Source: Methanomassiliicoccales archaeon (lineage in GTDB: Archaea; Thermoplasmatota; Thermoplasmata; Methanomassiliicoccales; UBA472). From it: 64,000 nucleotides of DNA. The DNA lies in NCBI GenBank assembly GCA_028682895.1, contig JAJRAK010000029.1, forward strand, positions 7,156 through 71,155, in the 5' to 3' direction. Position 1 is the first letter of the stretch, and every line of letters starts with the position of its first letter. Made by a program: the position numbers and the translations under genes. The notes beneath the pieces are model-generated. The model had not been told where the DNA came from and did not search any database. It saw nothing but the letters and a program-made list of their open reading frames with translations. Of this stretch, positions 46,678-54,730 are shown one piece after another.

Positions 46678-47393
46678 TCCTTCACCGCCCTGACGAAGAC
46701 CTCTTCGATGTTATTGGCACTGTACTTCCGCTTGAGCTCCTCGGGAGTGCCCTCGGCGACGATCTTACCGTCATCTATCAAAGCGATGCGGTCGCAGAGC
46801 AGCTCCACCTCCAGCATATTATGTGACGATAACAGCATGGTCGTCCCCTGCGCAGCATAGCTCTTGACGACCTTACGTATCTCCTGCGCGTTCAGCACGT
46901 CCAGGCCGGACGTCAGCTCGTCCAGTATGGCGAGCTTCGGCTTGATCATGAGGGCACGGGCCACCAGAAGGCGTCGAGCCATTCCCTTGCTGTACGTCTC
47001 GACCTTATCGTCGATCCTCTCCCCCAGGTTAGCGATCTCCAATCCGCGGGCGACCAGCACCTCGGCCTCCTTGCCCTCGGCAAAGAACTGGGCGATGAAC
47101 TTGAGGTACTCCCGGCCCTTGAGATGCTTGTACGCACCGGCGTCCTCGGGGAGATAGCTGATGATCTTTCGTACATCCTCGGGCTTCTCCCTGAGGTCGA
47201 CGCCGTGGACCATGATGCTTCCACTGGTTACCTCCAATAGAGTGGAGAGGACACGCAATGTGGTGGTCTTCCCTGCCCCGTTGGGGCCTATGAGACCATA
47301 CACCTCCCCCTCCTTGACCGAGAACGATATTCCCTTGACCGCTTGGTAAGAGCCATAGCTCTTGACCAGGTCCTTGACCTCTATAGCGTTCAT
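46674..47393 (-). CDS. ABC transporter ATP-binding protein
   Basis: Walker A GPNGAGKTT, signature-like YSKGMARRL, Walker B LAILDE and an H-loop SSH. I chose the start at MNAIEVKDL; an upstream ATG at 47426 is possible. Confidence 0.9.
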   Translation of the reverse strand: MNAIEVKDLVKSYGSYQAVKGISFSVKEGEVYGLIGPNGAGKTTTLRVLSTLLEVTSGSIMVHGVDLREKPEDVRKIISYLPEDAGAYKHLKGREYLKFIAQFFAEGKEAEVLVARGLEIANLGERIDDKVETYSKGMARRLLVARALMIKPKLAILDELTSGLDVLNAQEIRKVVKSYAAQGTTMLLSSHNMLEVELLCDRIALIDDGKIVAEGTPEELKRKYSANNIEEVFVRAVKE

Positions 47394-47503
47394 TGTTGAA
47401 TCCCGGACGTGATACTGATTCCTCATAAAAGAAATATTTCCTGTTTTACAAATGTTGTAGAAAATCGGTGAAAGATAAATATTGATAAAATTTATCGAGG
47501 GTC

Positions 47504-48124
47504 ATGGAGCAGGAGGAGCAGGCCAGGATAGGAGCGCTGGCTGGCATCTTTGGTGCGATGACCTTCTATGTGCTTTTAGCTCTGGCCATATGGTCGAGCG
47601 GGGATTGGCGGTTCGGATATGATTTCCTGAGCGACCTGGGAGCCTCTGGGCCATATGGATGGTTGTTCAATTCCGCGGTCGTGATCCTTGGCGCCCTGGG
47701 GATCGCGTTCACCTGGTTCCTATACCCGTTCGTCTCCTGGAGCAGGTTGGGAAAGACAGCCACCATCACCTTCGATCTGGGCTGCGTCTTTCTGATGCTC
47801 GTCGGGATCTTCCCCATCGACACGGGCGATCTGCATGATAAAGTCAGCTGGGCGTTCTTCATACTGATCGTCCTCTCGCTTATGCTGATGATGGTCCCGT
47901 TCCGTGACCATAGGACTCTTGGCCGGCCGGGCTTCATCGCCACCTTGGCCGTCGTCCTGCTGACCATCATCGACCTGCTGATGGTCTACTCCGGACTGAT
48001 GCGCTATGAGCTCTGCGAGGCCTTGGTGGTCCTGTGCCTCACCACGTGGGTCATGGTAATATCCGTGTTCATACTGTACAAGCTTAGAACAGACAGCTTC
48101 ATCGTGAACACCGGTAATGATTGA
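47504..48124 (+). CDS. DUF998-like polytopic membrane protein
   Basis: About 6 TM helices with the G.W.FGY..LSDLG motif near the first loop. Confidence 0.6.
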   Translation: MEQEEQARIGALAGIFGAMTFYVLLALAIWSSGDWRFGYDFLSDLGASGPYGWLFNSAVVILGALGIAFTWFLYPFVSWSRLGKTATITFDLGCVFLMLVGIFPIDTGDLHDKVSWAFFILIVLSLMLMMVPFRDHRTLGRPGFIATLAVVLLTIIDLLMVYSGLMRYELCEALVVLCLTTWVMVISVFILYKLRTDSFIVNTGND

Positions 48125-48221
48125 TCATAGTGCGCATCGTCGGGCATCATCCATATGTTGATTTTAGGGTACCTTTTCTATAGCCTATAACGTAAGAAAA
48201 AAGAACTAGTCGGGAGGCGAT

Positions 48222-48845
48222 ATGCTGGTCGTGGAGAAGAACGGACTGATAAGGTGGGGCTCGATCGCCGGCATAGCAGGCGCCATAACATTCCTTACGT
48301 TGTGGGGAATGGCCATAATCGTCGATGGACACTGGATATTCGGGATCGAGACCCTGAGCGAACTGGGGGGAGACCGACCGGGCAGGTTGTTCTTCAACTC
48401 CGCCGCCATCATCATGGGGGTCGCCACCCTGCTCTTCGCCTCTGCCCTCTATAGAAGGATGAGACGCACATTGCTCGAGAAGGTCTCCACCTTGACGTTC
48501 GCCCTGTCGTCCATCTTGCTCGTCGGTGTGGGCCTATTCCCGATCGACACCGGGGCGGCCCACACATTCTTCAGCTGGTCGTTCTTCATCGTGGTCATCG
48601 CATCGCTCACCTTGATGTTCTTTCCATGCCAGAGGAACATGGGACTTAGGAGCATGGGGACCATCGCTTTGACGGGAGTGCTCGTCATAGCCTATGTGAC
48701 GATGACCTTGGTGGCCCTTGACATCATCGAGCTGGCAATGAGCGAGGCATTGATCGTCATAGCTCTGAACGTTTGGGAAATCACGAACGGGTTCCTGATA
48801 TTGTTCGATCAGGAACGCCAGGTGATTCCCTGCGTCAGCACATGA
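48222..48845 (+). CDS. DUF998-like polytopic membrane protein (tandem paralog)
   Basis: Same length and TM layout as the preceding gene. DGHWIFGIETLSELGG and LFPIDTG blocks are shared with the neighbour (FPIDTG). Confidence 0.6.
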   Translation: MLVVEKNGLIRWGSIAGIAGAITFLTLWGMAIIVDGHWIFGIETLSELGGDRPGRLFFNSAAIIMGVATLLFASALYRRMRRTLLEKVSTLTFALSSILLVGVGLFPIDTGAAHTFFSWSFFIVVIASLTLMFFPCQRNMGLRSMGTIALTGVLVIAYVTMTLVALDIIELAMSEALIVIALNVWEITNGFLILFDQERQVIPCVST

Positions 48846-48847
48846 TC

Positions 48848-49327
48848 CTACCTTATCCGCTCCACCTTACCCACTGTGGACATGGCCAACCTCATATGCT
48901 CGGCCTCGGCCTCGATCAGCTCGTCCAGATTCGTGATGATGAAATCCCGGGCCTCCAACGACAGCCAACTGGACGTATCGGAAGCAAGGATGGCGCCCCT
49001 GATGTTAGTATATGTATCAAAGGCCAGCTTTTCGTTGTTGGCCAGCATGCGCATGACCTCCAGTTCCTCCTTCCCTGAGAAATCGAAGGTACGCTGTCGC
49101 AGAGCTGGCGTTTCCTCAGAGGGCAACCCGAGCCTATCGAGCATGTCCCCGACCATGGTAGCATGATGCTCCGACTCGGATATCATCGTGAACAGGGTGT
49201 CGCGAAATATTTCGGACTTTGCCTGGACATATCCCTCCCAATGGGCCATGTTCTCGAACCCCCTCTCGATCTCCAGGGCCTTCTTCAACAGGCCAGCTAG
49301 CTCTTTCCCGTTGCGGAGTTGTATCAT
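48848..49327 (-). CDS. Ferritin-like/rubrerythrin-like four-helix-bundle protein (tentative)
   Basis: Two E..H-type pairs (ESEHH, EAEHM) spaced as in ferritin-like diiron folds. TAG stop. Confidence 0.45.
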   Translation of the reverse strand: MIQLRNGKELAGLLKKALEIERGFENMAHWEGYVQAKSEIFRDTLFTMISESEHHATMVGDMLDRLGLPSEETPALRQRTFDFSGKEELEVMRMLANNEKLAFDTYTNIRGAILASDTSSWLSLEARDFIITNLDELIEAEAEHMRLAMSTVGKVERIR

Positions 49328-49452
49328 ACGCTAATAATAAGCTAGCTGTTCAAGTATAATGATATGCGCCTGATTACGTTCTCAGAAAATAATGTGATCG
49401 ATCGCTCCCTCAGGCCGCTGGACGTCCCCGTTGGTGCCCCGATGCGAACCGC

Positions 49453-50529
49453 TCAATCCTGACGGTAACGGTAGCTGATGTTGCAGCTGCCTTCGCGGCT
49501 GACCATGCACGGCCCCATCGGCCTTTTCGGCGAGCATCCATGACCGAACGCCGGGCATTCTGGCGACGTAATGATGCCGCGTAGCACCTCGCCGCAGCGG
49601 CAACCGCCCATATCCTCCTTGACCACCGGTGCATCGTTCAGTGCGTCCTCGTACACCAGCCGTGCGTTGTGCTCGGACAGCGCGTCGCTCACCTCAAGGG
49701 CGCTCATCGGCAGTACCGGGAACCCGCGCCATGCCTTGTCGACCTCTTTGAAGGCCCGGGACATCAGCTCCAGCGCCTTCGGGTTTCCCTCAGGGGGCAC
49801 GACCCGGGGATACTCGTTCTCCACCTCGCACCTTCCCTCCTTCACCTGCTTGGCCAACATATAGACGGCCATGAGAAGGTCCAATGGCTCGAACCCGGTC
49901 ACTACCTGCGGTACGCCGTTGGGACCGGCGAAAGGCTGGAACGGCCCCATGCCGATGATGGCAGCCACGTGTCCCGGTTGGATCAGACCGTCTATTCGCA
50001 CCTCGCCCATGGAGAACAGCGCTCGGAGCGCCGGAGGCAGGAGCCTGTGGCAGCTCAGGACGCTGAAGTTGTCCGGCGGTGAATGCAGAAGGGAATATGC
50101 CGTGGACGGACAGGTGGTCTCGAACCCGATGGCCATGAACACCATCTTGTCCACGTCCCTGCTCATGCGCACCGCGTCCTCGATGGAATATACGACACGG
50201 ACGTCGGCGCCCTCGGCCTTGACCTCGGCCAATGAACCTATAGGAGTAGGCACGGCCATCATGTCGCCGAAGACGGTGATGGAAACGCCGGAACGGGCCA
50301 AGGTGATGGCCTCGACGACCTCCTTGGTCGTAGTAACGCACACAGGACACCCGGGACCCTGCCCGATGGTTATCCCGACGTCCTTCAGCATCTTTTCCAG
50401 GCCGAACTTGACCAGGGTGTCCTGGTGAGTGCCGCAGACGTGCATGAAGCGCAGGTCCAGGTCCATCGTTCCGAGCTTCTTGATTATCTTTGCCGCCGTT
50501 CCCTCGTCGCGGTATCTGAGGTCCATCAT
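49453..50529 (-). CDS. hypD: Hydrogenase maturation factor HypD
   Basis: CGTHQD, GPGCPVCVT, GFETT and PGHV motifs. I chose the start at MMDLRYRD, whose ATG overlaps the hypA stop (ATGA). Confidence 0.9.
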   Translation of the reverse strand: MMDLRYRDEGTAAKIIKKLGTMDLDLRFMHVCGTHQDTLVKFGLEKMLKDVGITIGQGPGCPVCVTTTKEVVEAITLARSGVSITVFGDMMAVPTPIGSLAEVKAEGADVRVVYSIEDAVRMSRDVDKMVFMAIGFETTCPSTAYSLLHSPPDNFSVLSCHRLLPPALRALFSMGEVRIDGLIQPGHVAAIIGMGPFQPFAGPNGVPQVVTGFEPLDLLMAVYMLAKQVKEGRCEVENEYPRVVPPEGNPKALELMSRAFKEVDKAWRGFPVLPMSALEVSDALSEHNARLVYEDALNDAPVVKEDMGGCRCGEVLRGIITSPECPAFGHGCSPKRPMGPCMVSREGSCNISYRYRQD

Positions 50530-50897
50530 TCCTGCACCACCTTCAATGAAGTGACCCGGCACGATTGTCCCTTGAGCACCCTGACCTTGCCCTTGCACTT
50601 CGGACATACCAGCGAGGGCATGGACATGCGATATTCCGCACCTAGCTTGTCCGCCGGTCCCTGATATCCACAGGAGACGCATTGAAGCTCGGTCTCCTCG
50701 GGCTCGATGACCAGCTTGGAACCCTCAAGAGATGTATCCCTGGTGATGATCTCATAGGCGAACTGCAATTGCTCCTCGCCCAGGTACGTCAGCTCTCCCA
50801 ATGTGAGCTGCACCTCCTCTACCCGGATCACCTGATGCTTCTCAAGCTCCTTCAGCACGCTCTCCACGATGCCGGACATCACCGATACTTCGTGCAT
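50526..50897 (-). CDS. hypA: Hydrogenase nickel-insertion protein HypA
   Basis: Canonical MHEVSV N-terminus (Ni site) plus the CVSCGY...CPKCKG zinc site. Confidence 0.85.
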   Translation of the reverse strand: MHEVSVMSGIVESVLKELEKHQVIRVEEVQLTLGELTYLGEEQLQFAYEIITRDTSLEGSKLVIEPEETELQCVSCGYQGPADKLGAEYRMSMPSLVCPKCKGKVRVLKGQSCRVTSLKVVQE

Positions 50898-51019
50898 TCG
50901 ATACGCCAATCCACCAACGAATATTAATCAATGCCTTCCCCAGCACATATGACGCACGAAGGGAGGCTGGCGCTAAGCAAGCTAGAAATATGTCCAGGTA
51001 AATACGAAGTCCGTTCATT

Positions 51020-51304
51020 ATGCCAGAGGATGCTCCTAGGAACGACAGCGCCATCGAATCGATAATCGAGGGCAAGAAGATGGAGGCTTATGCGGAGCAC
51101 CGCACCAAGGACATGCATTGCTGCGCCCTCTGCGGCAACATCGGATACCGCAAGCGCCCCATGCGACCTGTCGGCTCCAAATGGATATGCATCGATTGCC
51201 TCCGCGCGCTCAAGGAAGTGCTGGAAGGACTGGACCAATGGGAGGCGGAGATCCAGCTCGAGAAGGAGATGTCCAAGAAGATAGACGAGTCCCTGCGGAC
51301 CTGA
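51020..51304 (+). CDS. Small hypothetical Cys-rich protein, 94 aa
   Basis: CCALCG...CIDC pattern and a C-terminal charged helix. Its stop abuts the convergent nth stop (TGATCA). Confidence 0.4.
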   Translation: MPEDAPRNDSAIESIIEGKKMEAYAEHRTKDMHCCALCGNIGYRKRPMRPVGSKWICIDCLRALKEVLEGLDQWEAEIQLEKEMSKKIDESLRT

Positions 51305-51952
51305 TCATCCCTTTTTATCGTTCTTTGGATAAGCGCACTCTTTGTTCAACGGGCATTCCGAGCAACGCGGGTTCCGCGGCAGACATACCTTCTGGCCGAA
51401 GCGGACCATCGTAGTGTTTATGTCGCACCAGAGCGACCGTGGGAACGTCTTCCGCAGCGCCTGCTCGGTCTCGTCCGGCGTCCTGCAGCTCACTATCCCC
51501 AGGCGGTTGCTGATGCGATGCACGTGCACGTCCACGCAGATGGCCGGTTCCTTGAAGGCATAGGCCATGACGCAATTCGCCGTCTTCCGTCCGACCATTG
51601 GCCATTTCGTCATGGCCTCGATGTCCTTCGGCACCCCGCCGTTCTCCTGCACCAGGCGGGCGATCTCCTTGATGGCCTTTGCCTTGGCACGGTAGAAGCC
51701 CACGGGACGGACCAGTGACTCCAGCTCTTCCAGCGGTGCGTCAGACATCTCCGCGGGGGTATCGAACCGGTGAAAAAGGTCAGATGCGGCGTTGTAAGTG
51801 TTGATGTCCCTGGTGCGCTGCGAGAGCACCGTCGCCACCAGGACGTGGAATGGATCTCTTACCCACCAGGTCTCCCCTTCATCGATGAGGCCGGGGAACG
51901 CCTGGCCTTTCACGGACGACCTCATCTCAGTGAGAAGCCATCTAAGGTCCAT
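51305..51952 (-). CDS. nth: Endonuclease III
   Basis: HhH-GPD block (WPMVGRKTANCVM) and the C-terminal 4Fe-4S loop CLPRNPRCSECPLNKEC. Confidence 0.9.
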   Translation of the reverse strand: MDLRWLLTEMRSSVKGQAFPGLIDEGETWWVRDPFHVLVATVLSQRTRDINTYNAASDLFHRFDTPAEMSDAPLEELESLVRPVGFYRAKAKAIKEIARLVQENGGVPKDIEAMTKWPMVGRKTANCVMAYAFKEPAICVDVHVHRISNRLGIVSCRTPDETEQALRKTFPRSLWCDINTTMVRFGQKVCLPRNPRCSECPLNKECAYPKNDKKG

Positions 51953-53222
51953 TCCCGCCCTCCAGGAACTGCATGGCCTCGCCCACGGTGTACAGGGAGC
52001 CGCAAATCATGACGAAACCCTTGGGACCGGCCTTGCGCATGGCTGCCTTGACCGCTTTATCCACGCCCGCAATGGCGCGGCAGCTCTTGTGACCGGCGCA
52101 GGCGGCCTTCATTTCCTGGGGGGACAGAGCACGGTCGGAATGGGAACTGGTGCAGATGACGTGGTCGAATTTCGGCGACATGATGGTCATGGCACCCTTG
52201 GCGTCCTTGTCCCGGAGCATTCCGACCACGAGCACGCGGGGGGAGCCGGGGAACATGTCCAGTTCGCTGGACACCGCCCTTGCGCCGTCCGGAGTATGCG
52301 TCACGTCCAGGACCGTCAGCGGAGAGTCCCGCACGATCTCCAGGCGACCGGGCCATCTTACCTTTGACAATCCCGCGATGATGCTCTCATGAGATACTTC
52401 GATGGTATCGGCCAGCACCATGGCGCACTCGGCGGCCAGGGCGACGTTCTCGCATTGATATCTTCCGGGAAGACCGACGCGGACCTGCATCCCCAGGGAC
52501 GACAGGGCGACCGTGACCCCGTTCATATCCCGTTTCACGCAATCGGCAAGGAAATGGTCGCCCAGCACGCTGAGGGGGGCGGCGCGGCTCTTGGCCATCC
52601 AAGAGATGACCTTCATCGCCTGCGGTTCCTGTGGCGAGGATATCACCGGCACACTGTCCTTGATTATGGACGCTTTCTCGTAGGCGATCTTCCCCAAGGT
52701 ATCGCCCAGGAAGCCAGTGTGTTCCATGCTGAGGCGGGTGATGACGCTGCACCTGGGCTTGATGATGTTGGTGGCGTCAAGTCTCCCGCCCATGCCCACC
52801 TCGATAACCGCCTCCTCCACGTTCTCATCGGAGAAGTACAGGAACGCCAGGGCCGTGGTTATCTCGAAGAACGTCAGCGGATGGGGGAACTGCCTGCTGT
52901 CCAGGAGCTCCCTGACCTCACCTATCATCTTACTCAGGCGAACGTCGTCCATCTCATTGCCGTCAACGGTCATGCGCTCGGTGTACCTGACCAGGTGCGG
53001 GGATGTGTACAGTCCGGTGCGGTAGCCTGCCGACCGTAGTATGGACGCGGTCATGGCGGAGACGGAACCTTTCCCGTTGGAACCGGCCACATGCACCGTG
53101 CCGAAACGGTCCTGGGGATCACCGAGCATGCTCAGCAAGGAGCGGATGTTCGAAAGGCCGAGCTTGATACCCATGTTCTCCAAGGAGAATAACCAGTCGA
53201 TGTCCTCCTTGATGGCGCTCAT
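51942..53222 (-). CDS. folC: Folylpolyglutamate synthase/dihydrofolate synthase-type Mur ligase
   Basis: GIKLGLSNIRSLLSMLGDPQ...VHVAGSNGKGS...GLYTSPHL. The ATG at 53222 overlaps the upstream TGA (ATGA). TAG stop. Confidence 0.85.
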   Translation of the reverse strand: MSAIKEDIDWLFSLENMGIKLGLSNIRSLLSMLGDPQDRFGTVHVAGSNGKGSVSAMTASILRSAGYRTGLYTSPHLVRYTERMTVDGNEMDDVRLSKMIGEVRELLDSRQFPHPLTFFEITTALAFLYFSDENVEEAVIEVGMGGRLDATNIIKPRCSVITRLSMEHTGFLGDTLGKIAYEKASIIKDSVPVISSPQEPQAMKVISWMAKSRAAPLSVLGDHFLADCVKRDMNGVTVALSSLGMQVRVGLPGRYQCENVALAAECAMVLADTIEVSHESIIAGLSKVRWPGRLEIVRDSPLTVLDVTHTPDGARAVSSELDMFPGSPRVLVVGMLRDKDAKGAMTIMSPKFDHVICTSSHSDRALSPQEMKAACAGHKSCRAIAGVDKAVKAAMRKAGPKGFVMICGSLYTVGEAMQFLEGGNGP

Positions 53223-53977
53223 TCGATCCCCTGCACCCATTCAGATAACGGAACGCCTTCCCTGGAGGCCATCCTCTTCATGGCGTTCATGATGCCGGAA
53301 CCGTACTGGGCAGCTTTCTTGGGAGAACTGGAAGATGATAGCCCGAGATCCGATGCCAGGCGTCGTAACGGAAGCTTGTTGCCCTCCGGTCCGATCAACT
53401 CACCGGGCGAATAAAGTCTGGCGATGATCATGACCTTCGGGCAGAGGTAGGGGCAGGACAGTGTTTTTCCGAATGCCTTGGCCAACAGAGCCTCTCTCGG
53501 ATAGCCTTCGGCGACGAGTCGGTCCTGGTCGCCCCTCATCGCCTTTCCCCTTACGTCGTCATTCATAGATACGTATCGGGCGTATCCTCCGAAGAGCTCG
53601 TCGGCGCCCTGGCCGCTAAGCAACATAGGTTGAGGGACGGACGAACAGACGAAGTACATTGGAAGTTCGAATGATATCGTCAACGGGTCGTGTAGCTGTA
53701 GCGTCGATCTTAGGAAAGATATCCCGGCCCTTACCTTGCTATCATCGATCAGTATCGGGTACCAAGGAAGCCCCATCTCCTTGGCCATCTTCTCTCCGGC
53801 CTTGAGGTCGTGCGAGCCTTCGTATCCGACCGTGTACAACGACAAGGAAGCATAGGACGCCGCCAGGTGCGTAACGAGCGAACAGTCCAGGCCACCGGAG
53901 AAGAGCACCGCGACATCTGAGACCAGCTCCCGCTGGACACAGTCCTTCAGAGATGATGACAGTTCATCTTGGCGCAT
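53219..53977 (-). CDS. Asparagine synthase-related PP-loop ATP pyrophosphatase (no glutaminase domain)
   Basis: PP-loop VAVLFSGGLDCS. C-terminal KKAAQYGSGI block. Confidence 0.65.
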   Translation of the reverse strand: MRQDELSSSLKDCVQRELVSDVAVLFSGGLDCSLVTHLAASYASLSLYTVGYEGSHDLKAGEKMAKEMGLPWYPILIDDSKVRAGISFLRSTLQLHDPLTISFELPMYFVCSSVPQPMLLSGQGADELFGGYARYVSMNDDVRGKAMRGDQDRLVAEGYPREALLAKAFGKTLSCPYLCPKVMIIARLYSPGELIGPEGNKLPLRRLASDLGLSSSSSPKKAAQYGSGIMNAMKRMASREGVPLSEWVQGIE

Positions 53978-54069
53978 GTCTTTCTGCAGTATGCCCGACC
54001 CCCAGATAATTATATCTTACATGTCTGAATAGCATTATTAATAATTAGAATGATACCGAAGTGAGCCCT

Positions 54070-54519
54070 ATGGACAATGTGACCAGGATCGGTGTTTCGT
54101 TAGAACCAGATCTGCTTGAGGAATTCGACAAGCTCATCGACAAGAAAGGGTATATCACGCGGTCCGAGGCCATAAGGGACCTCATCCGCAGCTCGCTGGC
54201 AAAGGAGATCATAAAGGAAGATGAGAACGCCATAGTGTTCGGTACCATCACCCTTTTCTACGGTCATCACAAGGGCGGGGTGAAGGAGAGATTGATGGAG
54301 ATCCAGCATGAGCATCACACCAAGATACTCTCCTCGGTCCATGTCCATCTCGATATGGAGCAGTGCCTGGAGGTGCTGATCGTGAACGGCACCGTCAAGG
54401 AGGTCAGACAATTGTCTGACGAATTGGGCAGCGTAAAAGGGGTCACTCACCGCACCCTGCACCGCACCCCGGTCAGCATCAGCGAGGACAGCGACGCACC
54501 GCATCCTCATTTCCATTGA
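54070..54519 (+). CDS. nikR: Nickel-responsive regulator NikR (ribbon-helix-helix + ACT-like Ni-binding domain)
   Basis: RIGVSLEPDLLEEFD RHH N-terminus. The H...HH...HVHLD...CLEV metal-site pattern. ATG 54070 lies ~28 nt from the AT-rich TATA-like region at 54033-54047. Confidence 0.85.
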   Translation: MDNVTRIGVSLEPDLLEEFDKLIDKKGYITRSEAIRDLIRSSLAKEIIKEDENAIVFGTITLFYGHHKGGVKERLMEIQHEHHTKILSSVHVHLDMEQCLEVLIVNGTVKEVRQLSDELGSVKGVTHRTLHRTPVSISEDSDAPHPHFH

Positions 54520-54697
54520 CACTGTTCATCATTAAAATATAATATTAATATAATTAATTGGCAATAGACAGGGATCGCGGCAAATGAGTTGATGCTGTAA
54601 AGATCTGTTCTCCCGATCGGATTAAAATGTAGGCGTTGGTATCGAGAGCATACGACCGCCCATATCATTTCAGGAGGCGATGTGGGAACGGATAAGC

Positions 54698-54706
54698 TTT
54701 TTAAAT
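54698..54706 (+). promoter_or_regulatory. TATA-like box upstream of topA
   Basis: TTTTTAAAT centred ~29 nt upstream of ATG 54731. Confidence 0.4.
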
Positions 54707-54730
54707 GCTAACTCTTGATGCCCCCCTGCT

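Noticed and set aside
50530-50682. N-terminal extensions in the ORF track for HypD (to 50682), GTPase-B (to 21224), the zinc-ribbon protein (from 19152), NikR, MsrB, TrmB and kinase 1.
   Set aside because: The extensions overlap upstream genes or promoters, use non-ATG starts or add featureless sequence. Internal ATGs give canonical N-termini, ATGA coupling or TATA spacing of 25-32 nt.
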